Origin: Mycolicibacterium smegmatis | GTDB taxonomy: Bacteria; Actinomycetota; Actinomycetes; Mycobacteriales; Mycobacteriaceae | Direction of reading: 5' to 3' | DNA length: 32,000 bases | NCBI RefSeq assembly: GCF_001457595.1 | Contig: NZ_LN831039.1 | Coordinates: 2,580,001-2,612,000, forward strand | Part shown: positions 25,447-32,000 of the stretch, piece after piece | How positions within the stretch are numbered: position 1 is the stretch's first letter | Layout of the letters: every line of letters starts with the position of its first letter | Notes under the pieces: generated by a model | Database searches by the model: none | What the model saw: only the letters and a program-made list of their open reading frames with translations | What the model was told of the DNA's origin: nothing | Made by a program: the position numbers and the translations under genes

Positions 25447-26427
25447 ATGTCCTGGTTCCCCAAAGTCCTGGCCGTGGCAGGCACTGCCGCCGCCCTCGTG
25501 CTCGGTTCGACGGCATGCGCCGACGAGTCCGCCGGTCCCACGAGCGATACGAGCACCCTGAGCATCTCGGCGACCGGCGTCGACAGCCTGCCGTTCATGG
25601 CGATCCTTCAGGTGGGCATCGACAAGGGCTGGTTCAAAGAAGAAGGCCTCGACGTCGACCTGTACTCCGGAGGTGGCGGCGGCAACACGCTGCGCGTGGT
25701 CACCAGCGGTGACGCCGACATGGCGATCGCGGGCAACACGTCGGTGATCCTTGCTGCGCAGCAGCCCAATTCGAACCTCAAGGTCATCGCGCCGTGGTTC
25801 CAGATCAACGACTTCTCGTGGATCAGCCCGCCCGGTCGCAAGCTCGAAGGCGCCACGCTGGGGTTCAGCTCAGCGGGGTCGTCCACCGAGCTGATCGTGA
25901 AGGGCCTCGAGCGTGAACTCGGCGTCAAGTCCCAGGCCGTGGGTCCGATGGGCGACAACTGGACGGCCGCGAAGGCCGGCCAGATCACCGCCGGCTGGGC
26001 CATGCAGCCGTTCATCGCCGACAAGCAGGCGACGGAGAACGCAGAAGTGCTGGTCGATTCGCGGGAGGTCATCGGTGACATGCCCGCCGACCTCGTGGCG
26101 ATCAACACCGAGTACGCCGAGCAGAACCCGGACAACGTCCGCAAGTTCTTCACCGTCGCCGACCGGCTGAACAAGTGGCTGGTGGACAACACGGACGAGG
26201 CCGCCGACGCGATCGCTCCGCTGGTCGGGGTCAGCCCCGAGATCATGAAGTCGGCGTTCGAGAGCAATCCCGATCTCGCCAAGGGATATTCGTTGAAGGT
26301 CGACGCCGAGGGGCTGCGCAACCTGTCGGAGCTGATGGTGGCCGCCGGGCAGATCCCCGAGCCGATCGACTGGGCGTCGACGCTGGATCAGCAGTACCTG
26401 CCCGACGACGCCCGCGCCGAGCTCTGA
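25447..26427 (+). CDS. ABC transporter substrate-binding lipoprotein, NMT1/THI5-like (NitT/TauT family)
   Basis: ATG at 25447 after GGAGG. Signal plus lipobox MSWFPKVLAVAGTAAALVLGSTAC. SsuA/TauA/NMT1-like body. Confidence 0.88.
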   Translation: MSWFPKVLAVAGTAAALVLGSTACADESAGPTSDTSTLSISATGVDSLPFMAILQVGIDKGWFKEEGLDVDLYSGGGGGNTLRVVTSGDADMAIAGNTSVILAAQQPNSNLKVIAPWFQINDFSWISPPGRKLEGATLGFSSAGSSTELIVKGLERELGVKSQAVGPMGDNWTAAKAGQITAGWAMQPFIADKQATENAEVLVDSREVIGDMPADLVAINTEYAEQNPDNVRKFFTVADRLNKWLVDNTDEAADAIAPLVGVSPEIMKSAFESNPDLAKGYSLKVDAEGLRNLSELMVAAGQIPEPIDWASTLDQQYLPDDARAEL

Positions 26428-26457
26428 GCACACCGCATCTACCCCGAAGAGGCAGCT

Positions 26458-27258
26458 ATGGATCGTGACGGTATCCGCATCGAGGACGTATCGGTCGTGT
26501 TCGATGTTCCGGCAGGCAAGGTGACCGCGGTGGCCGGCATCGACCAGCATGTCCCGCACGCGAGCTTCGTGTCGATCGTCGGCCCGAGTGGATGCGGCAA
26601 GTCCACCCTGCTGGCCGTCATCGCCGGTCTGCAGAAGGCCTCCACGGGGCAGGTGCGCGTGGCGGGCAAGCCGGTGACGGGGCCGGACCCCTCGATCGGC
26701 GTTGTGTTCCAGGAGGATTCGACGCTCCCGTGGCGCACCGTGGAGGAGAACGTCGCGTTCGCCATGGAGATGATCGGCGTGGAAAAAGCCGAACGCAGGC
26801 AGCGTGCCAGGAAGGCGATCGAGCTCGTCGGGCTCGACGGATTCGAGAAGTCCTACCCGTCGATGCTGTCGGGCGGTATGCGGCAACGCGTCGCGCTCGC
26901 ACGTACGCTTGCCGTGGAGCCCGAGGTGGTGCTGATGGACGAGCCGTTCGCGGCGCTGGACCAGCAGACACGGCTGTTCCTCGGCGCCGAGATCCGGCAG
27001 ATCTGGGCACGCACGCACCAGACCATCGTGTTCGTCACGCACGACATCTCCGAGGCGATCCTGCTGTCGCAACAGGTCTGGGTGATGTCGTACCGGCCGG
27101 GCTCGATCATCGACGTCGTCGACATCGACCTGCCCGCCGAACGTGACGCGAGCATGGTCTCGACGCCTGAGTTCAACGAGTTGCAGAACCGGATCTGGAC
27201 GTCGCTGCAGGCCGAGTCCATGCGGGGCTTCAAGCAGCAGGAGACGGCCACGACGTGA
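26458..27258 (+). CDS. ABC transporter ATP-binding protein (NitT/TauT family)
   Basis: Walker A GPSGCGKST, signature LSGGMRQRVALARTL, Walker B VVLMDEPF. Confidence 0.93.
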   Translation: MDRDGIRIEDVSVVFDVPAGKVTAVAGIDQHVPHASFVSIVGPSGCGKSTLLAVIAGLQKASTGQVRVAGKPVTGPDPSIGVVFQEDSTLPWRTVEENVAFAMEMIGVEKAERRQRARKAIELVGLDGFEKSYPSMLSGGMRQRVALARTLAVEPEVVLMDEPFAALDQQTRLFLGAEIRQIWARTHQTIVFVTHDISEAILLSQQVWVMSYRPGSIIDVVDIDLPAERDASMVSTPEFNELQNRIWTSLQAESMRGFKQQETATT

Positions 27259-28103
27259 CGACCTCGATTGTGGCGCAACAGGACCACCCGACGGCAGAAG
27301 CCATGGAACCGGCAACCGGCGAGCCGCCTCGCCGTATACGTAAACTGGGCAATTTCGCGATCAGCGGGATCTCGACGGTCCTTCTCCTCGCGGTCCTTCT
27401 CGCGCTGGCAGAGATCGGCGCGCGGGCGGGTCTGTGGACCACGCAGGTGCTGCCCGCGCCGTCGGTGATCACCGCCGAACTTCTCACCATCCTCGGTGAG
27501 CCGCAGTTCTGGGGCGACGCGGGACGCACCGGTGTCGAGGTGGCGTGCGCGATCGTCTTCGGGAGCATCCTCGGTTTCATCGCGGGCCTGATCTTCTGGA
27601 AGGTCCCCACGGTGGGGCGCATCTTCGAGCCGTACCTGGTGTCGTTCTACGCCGTCCCGCTCGTGCTGTTCTACCCGGTGATGATCGTGCTGGTCGGCAT
27701 CAACGCCATGTCGGTGATCATCCTCGCCACCGTGATGGCGGCGATCCCGATGGCGCTCAACACCGCGGTGGGGCTGAACTCCATGCCCGCGGTCTATCTC
27801 AAACTGGCACGGTCGCTGAAGGCATCACCGAAACAGACGCTGTTCGCGATCGCCATACCGGCCGCGGGCCCGTACATCGTCGCGGGGTTGCGCCTCGCGG
27901 TGGTGTACGCACTGATCGGCACGATCGCCATGGAGTTCACGACCGCCCAGGCGGGCCTGGGATACCGCATCCGGTATCTGTACGAGATCTTCGACAACAA
28001 CCAGATGTTCGCCTACATCGCCGTGGTGCTGATCCTCTCGTGTCTGCTGACCGTGCTGCTGGCACTCGTCGAGCGGATCCTGTTGAAGGGGCGGAACAGA
28101 TGA
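27255..28103 (+). CDS. ABC transporter permease 1
   Basis: GTGA overlap with the ATPase stop. Multiple TM segments. EAA-type loop LKLARSLKASPKQTLFAIAIPAAGPYIVAGLRLA. Confidence 0.9.
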   Translation: MTTSIVAQQDHPTAEAMEPATGEPPRRIRKLGNFAISGISTVLLLAVLLALAEIGARAGLWTTQVLPAPSVITAELLTILGEPQFWGDAGRTGVEVACAIVFGSILGFIAGLIFWKVPTVGRIFEPYLVSFYAVPLVLFYPVMIVLVGINAMSVIILATVMAAIPMALNTAVGLNSMPAVYLKLARSLKASPKQTLFAIAIPAAGPYIVAGLRLAVVYALIGTIAMEFTTAQAGLGYRIRYLYEIFDNNQMFAYIAVVLILSCLLTVLLALVERILLKGRNR

Positions 28104-28888
28104 GCACCACGATCGAGAACACCCCGAAAACCACTGCGCCTGCGGGGCTGCCGCGGTGGCGCACCCTGCTGGGCAACCAGGCTGTCGGCGCGACGCTGCT
28201 GGCCCTGCTCATGCTGGTCGTCTGGGAGATCTTCTCCGACCTGACGTTTGTGATCCCGTCGCCCGTGCAGACGTTCGGCGTGCTGGTGGACAACCTCTCG
28301 GATCCGGCGTACCTGTTCGACCTGCGGGTCACCGCGCAGTCGGTGTTCCTGGCGTTCGTCATCGGCACCGCCATAGGTGGCGGGCTCGGCCTGCTGCTCG
28401 GGCTGTCCGAACGGTTGCGGGTCATGTTCGAGCCGATGCTGATCATCCTCAACGGGATTCCGAAGATCGTCCTGTACCCCGTGTTGCTGCCGATCTTCAG
28501 CCTGACCGGTTCGAAGGTGGTCATGGGTGTGTTGTTCGCGCTGTTCCCGGTGCTGATCAACGTCTCCACGGGCGTCCAGGAGATACCGCGGGTGTACTGG
28601 AAGCTCGCGCGCTCGGTCCGGGCCGGCCGGTGGCAGACGCTGACCCACATCATCATCCCGGCGATCCGGCGGCCTCTGCTCACGGGCATCCGTCTGGCGG
28701 TGAGCCTGGCCGTGGTCGGCGTGGTGCTCTCCGAGTTCTTCGCCACCCGCCGTGGCCTGGGACGCGTGGTGCTGCAGTCCTACAGCCACGGTGACTATCC
28801 CTCGATGGTCGCCACCATCATGCTGTTGATCACCATCTCGTTCGGAATCTCGATCGTGCTGTGGCAGTGGGAGAAACGACTCCATTGA
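28100..28888 (+). CDS. ABC transporter permease 2
   Basis: ATGA overlap with permease 1. EAA-type loop WKLARSVRAGRWQTLTHIIIPAIRRPLLTGIRLA. The ORF-track start at 27545 is an artefact. Confidence 0.9.
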   Translation: MSTTIENTPKTTAPAGLPRWRTLLGNQAVGATLLALLMLVVWEIFSDLTFVIPSPVQTFGVLVDNLSDPAYLFDLRVTAQSVFLAFVIGTAIGGGLGLLLGLSERLRVMFEPMLIILNGIPKIVLYPVLLPIFSLTGSKVVMGVLFALFPVLINVSTGVQEIPRVYWKLARSVRAGRWQTLTHIIIPAIRRPLLTGIRLAVSLAVVGVVLSEFFATRRGLGRVVLQSYSHGDYPSMVATIMLLITISFGISIVLWQWEKRLH

Positions 28889-31218
28889 CCTCCAACGCAA
28901 ACGGGCGGGGCCTCATCGGCAGTTCGGTGCGGCGCCGTGAGGACGACCGGATGCTCGGCGGCCGCGGACATTTCGTGGCGGATCTGTCCGCGGGCGCACA
29001 CCACGTGGTGTTCCTGAGATCGACCGAACCGCATGCCGACATCACGCGCATCGACACCGCGGCGGCCACTCGGATGCCGGGCGTGATCGGCGTTTTCACT
29101 GCCGATGACCTCGGCATGGCAGGTGCGTGCATCCCGTCGCTGACCACGCCCGATGAAAGTTTCACCGCGGCCACGTCACTCGAACTCGCAGAGCAGCGTC
29201 TGCCTGTCATCGCCTCCGACCGCGTGTACTTCGTCGGTCAACCCGTGGCCGCCGTCATCGCCGAGGACCGCTACCGCGCCGAGGACGCGGCAGAGGCCAT
29301 CGAGGTCGACTACGTGTCACGGCCCGCGGTCGCCGACCCGGCCGAGGCGCTGCAGCCCCGAAGCCCCGTGCTGTTCGACCACCTCGACAGCAACGCCGCG
29401 GCGCGGATCCACTTCGCGTTCGGCGATCCGGAGAGTGCCTTCACCCGCGCGGCCGCGGTGGTCTCGGGGACCTACCGGATGAACAGGCACGGCGCGGTAC
29501 CGCTCGAATGCCGCGGTGTGATCGCCGATTTCGACGTCAGACGACAGCGCGTCGAGATCACCACGTCGACCCAGGTACCGCACATGGTGCGCAACGCGAT
29601 CTGCGCGGTGACGGGATGGTCGCAGGCCGACGTCGTGGTCTCGGTTCCCGATGTCGGCGGCGGATTCGGCACCAAGGCCAACGTCTACGCCGAGGAGATC
29701 CTGCTGGCGCGCCTCGCGCGAGAGACCCGCAGGCGGCTGATCTGGGTCGAGGACCGCCAGGAGCATCTGGTGGCCAGCGCGCAGGGCCGCGACCAGATCC
29801 ACCACACCAGGCTCGCGGTGGACGAGCAGGGCCGCATACTCGCGTGGGCCGACGACTTCGTCGTCGACATCGGTGCGGGCAGCCTGTGGGTTGCGGGGAT
29901 CGTCGCGAACACCGCGATCCATCTGCTCGGTCCCTACCGCGTACCCGCCGCCGAGATCTCCGGGCGCGCGGCGCTGACCAACAAGACGCTCGTCGCGCAG
30001 TACCGCGGCGCAGGGCGGCCCGAGGCGACCTTCGCCCTTGAGCGCAGCCTCGACGCGGCGGCCCGTGAACTGGGGCTGAGCGGTGTCGAGATACGCAGGC
30101 GCAATCTGCTCACGTCCGACGACCTGCCCTACCCACGCCCGATCCCGTACCGCGACGGTGTGCCCATCGAGTACGACGGCGGCGACTACCGCGCCTGTCT
30201 CGAGTCGGTCCTCGAGGCGTTGCCCCGCGACGAGATCGCACGTTGTGCCGCAGAGCATCCGCAGTACCGCATCGGCTACGGGCTGTCGTCGTACCTGGAG
30301 GCCACCGGACGCGGCCCACACGAGACGGCGCGGATCCGGTTGTCGCCCGACGGCCGCTTCGAGGTGACCGCGGGTGCCGCATCGGCCGGGCAGGGTCACG
30401 AGACGGTGTTCGCCCAGGTCGCCGCCGAGGCTCTCGCGGTACCGATGGAACAGGTGATCTACACCCCTGGTGACACCGAGTGGCTCCCCGAGGGCGTGGG
30501 CACGTTCGCGAGTCGTTCGGCCGTCCTGGCAGGCTCCGCCGTGCACAGGGCCGCACGGGAACTCGTCGGCTCGGCGATCGACCGGGTCGCGCGCCTCATC
30601 GGCGCCGATCCCGACGACGTGCAGTATCGCGACGGCTGCTTTTCCGTCGGTGGGAGACCCGCACTCGACTGGGCGGATCTTGTCCGTGCGGCAGGCGTCG
30701 GTGGCGCCCTGGAAACCGGGGGAATGCTCGATGTCAGTGCCGTGCACCGGGTTTCGACGGTGACCTGGACCATGGGAGTGCACGCCGCGATCGTCGGGGT
30801 GCACCGGCGCACCGGCATCGTGAAGGTGCTGCGCTACGCGGTGTCCCACGAGGGCGGGCGCGAGATCAATCCGCAGATCGTGGAGGGCCAGATCATCGGT
30901 GGTGTGGCACAGGGCATCGGCGGAACCCTGTTCGAACGGTGGGCCTACTCCGAAGCCGGGCAGCCACAATCCACGACGTTCGCCGCGTACCACCTGCCGC
31001 TGACCACCGACGTGCCGCGGGTGCGCGTGCGCCATCTGCACGTCGACACACCGGCCAATCCCCTCGGTGTGCGTGGGGTGGGGGAGAGCGGCACGATCGC
31101 GGTCTACGCCGCGGTGGCGTCGGCCGTCGACGACGCTCTCGACGGTCGTGTGCACATCGACACCACGCCCATCGCGACCGGCGACCTGTGCCGCGTACTC
31201 GCAAGGACCGCGTCATGA
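28861..31218 (+). CDS. Xanthine dehydrogenase/CoxL-family molybdopterin-binding large subunit (non-CO type)
   Basis: N-terminal RREDDRMLGGRGHFVADL, Moco motif VGGGFGTKAN, AQYRGAGRPEA, GVRGVGESG. The start may instead be TTG at 28885 (TTGA overlap with the permease stop, GGGAG 11 nt upstream). Confidence 0.92.
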   Translation: MAVGETTPLTSNANGRGLIGSSVRRREDDRMLGGRGHFVADLSAGAHHVVFLRSTEPHADITRIDTAAATRMPGVIGVFTADDLGMAGACIPSLTTPDESFTAATSLELAEQRLPVIASDRVYFVGQPVAAVIAEDRYRAEDAAEAIEVDYVSRPAVADPAEALQPRSPVLFDHLDSNAAARIHFAFGDPESAFTRAAAVVSGTYRMNRHGAVPLECRGVIADFDVRRQRVEITTSTQVPHMVRNAICAVTGWSQADVVVSVPDVGGGFGTKANVYAEEILLARLARETRRRLIWVEDRQEHLVASAQGRDQIHHTRLAVDEQGRILAWADDFVVDIGAGSLWVAGIVANTAIHLLGPYRVPAAEISGRAALTNKTLVAQYRGAGRPEATFALERSLDAAARELGLSGVEIRRRNLLTSDDLPYPRPIPYRDGVPIEYDGGDYRACLESVLEALPRDEIARCAAEHPQYRIGYGLSSYLEATGRGPHETARIRLSPDGRFEVTAGAASAGQGHETVFAQVAAEALAVPMEQVIYTPGDTEWLPEGVGTFASRSAVLAGSAVHRAARELVGSAIDRVARLIGADPDDVQYRDGCFSVGGRPALDWADLVRAAGVGGALETGGMLDVSAVHRVSTVTWTMGVHAAIVGVHRRTGIVKVLRYAVSHEGGREINPQIVEGQIIGGVAQGIGGTLFERWAYSEAGQPQSTTFAAYHLPLTTDVPRVRVRHLHVDTPANPLGVRGVGESGTIAVYAAVASAVDDALDGRVHIDTTPIATGDLCRVLARTAS

Positions 31219-32000
31219 AACCCGCACCGTTCCAATACCTTCGGCCCGCCACTGTCGCGGAAGCGCTTGAGCAGCTCGCGTCGTACCCCGACGCGAAGGT
31301 GATGGCAGGCGGGCAGTCGCTGATGGCGTTGATGAACCTCCGCCTGGCACGGCCCGGGGTGATCGTCGACATCGGCCGCCTCGACGAACTCCGGCGCATC
31401 TTCGACGACACCGAGGACCTGATCCTCGGCGCGCTGGTCACCCACCGCACCGTCGAGACGGATCCGCTGATCGCGGCGCGGGCCCCGCTGCTCGCCGACG
31501 CGGCCCGCTACATCGGTCACGTCGGTATCCGCAACCGCGGCACGATCGGCGGCTCGGTGGCCCACGCGGATCCCGCGGCCGAGATGCCGTTGTCCACCCT
31601 GGTTCTCGACGCGACGTTCCATGTGGAGTCGGCGACCCGGGGCCGGCGTCAGGTGCGCGCCGAGGACATGTTCGTCTCCTACTTCACGAGTGCGCTGGAA
31701 CCCGACGAGCTGATCACGTGGGTGTCGATACCAGCCGCCCGGTACGGGCAGGGCTGGGGGTTCGTCGAATACGCGCACCAGCACGGTGATTACGGTCTTG
31801 CCGGCGCGGGCGCAGTGCTGGGCCTCGACGCCGACGGCAGGATCTGCGAACTGCGGTGTGCCGTGCTCAGCGCAGCCGACCGGCCACTGCTGTTCGTGGG
31901 CGACGACGCAGTGGGGGAGCGCCCGTCGGCGCGGCTGTGGGAAACGCTGGCAAGCCGGTGGGCCCGGTCCACCGACCCGTCATCCGATGATCCCGACTAC
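31215..32000 (+). CDS. FAD-binding (CoxM/XdhB-like) subunit of the molybdenum hydroxylase, 3' end outside window
   Basis: ATGA overlap with the large-subunit stop. My own translation gives MKPAPFQYLRPATVAEALEQLASYPDAKVMAGGQSLMALMNLRLARP...IRNRGTIGGSVAHADP. The frame stays open to nt 32000, which is why it is absent from the ORF track. Confidence 0.88.
   Translation, partial: MKPAPFQYLRPATVAEALEQLASYPDAKVMAGGQSLMALMNLRLARPGVIVDIGRLDELRRIFDDTEDLILGALVTHRTVETDPLIAARAPLLADAARYIGHVGIRNRGTIGGSVAHADPAAEMPLSTLVLDATFHVESATRGRRQVRAEDMFVSYFTSALEPDELITWVSIPAARYGQGWGFVEYAHQHGDYGLAGAGAVLGLDADGRICELRCAVLSAADRPLLFVGDDAVGERPSARLWETLASRWARSTDPSSDDPDY

Noticed and set aside
27961-27978. Inverted repeat GATACCG-CATC-CGGTATC inside permease 1 as an extra operator
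   Set aside because: It lies in the middle of a coding region and does not match the TTGGATA/TATCCAA motif. A 7-bp inverted repeat at this frequency is expected by chance.
28861-31218. Calling the large subunit aerobic CO dehydrogenase CoxL, prompted by the nearby CoxG-like gene
   Set aside because: The active-site loop is AQYRGAGR, not AYXCSFR. The gene order and the coupled ABC importer argue for an organic substrate.
22179-32000. Horizontally acquired genomic island
   Set aside because: There is no integrase, transposase, flanking tRNA or obvious GC or codon shift. Only the pseudogene and duplication scar at 21677-22148 hints at past rearrangement.

Overview
Visibly high-GC actinobacterial chromosome. 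The first ~13.4 kb reproduces the conserved mycobacterial housekeeping neighbourhood: glnD (3' end), ffh, amidohydrolase, DD-carboxypeptidases, rpsP-KH-rimM-trmD, an oppositely oriented lppW-like lipoprotein, then rplS-lepB-rnhB-DUF2469. The source is therefore probably a fast-growing Mycobacteriaceae member; this is inferred from synteny and protein motifs, not from a database search. 13.4-16.1 kb (minus strand) carries a dienelactone hydrolase, SelO and a DUF2237 protein. 16.2-20.85 kb is a PucR-type regulator divergent from an mmsA-like semialdehyde dehydrogenase plus class-III aminotransferase operon, closed by the only textbook intrinsic terminator in the window. 20.9-22.15 kb holds a HAD-IIA phosphatase followed by a rearrangement scar: a 14-bp tandem duplication and an arginase-fold pseudogene split over three frames. 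The best candidate for an uncharacterised system is 22.2-32.0 kb. It is a tightly overlapping locus encoding a GntR/FCD regulator, RidA-family protein, tail-anchored CoxG-like protein, luciferase-like (LLM) oxidoreductase, a NitT/TauT-type ABC importer (lipoprotein binding protein, ATPase, two permeases) and the large plus FAD subunits of a non-CO (AYRGAGR-type) molybdenum hydroxylase. A near-identical 7-3-7 palindrome sits over the likely -10 regions upstream of both the regulator gene and the LLM gene. Its substrate is unknown; an N-heterocycle uptake and oxidation role is inference only. I found no rRNA, tRNA, CRISPR array, transposase, integrase, toxin-antitoxin or defence genes. Many long ORFs in the six-frame track are GC-driven shadow ORFs and are not reported as genes.
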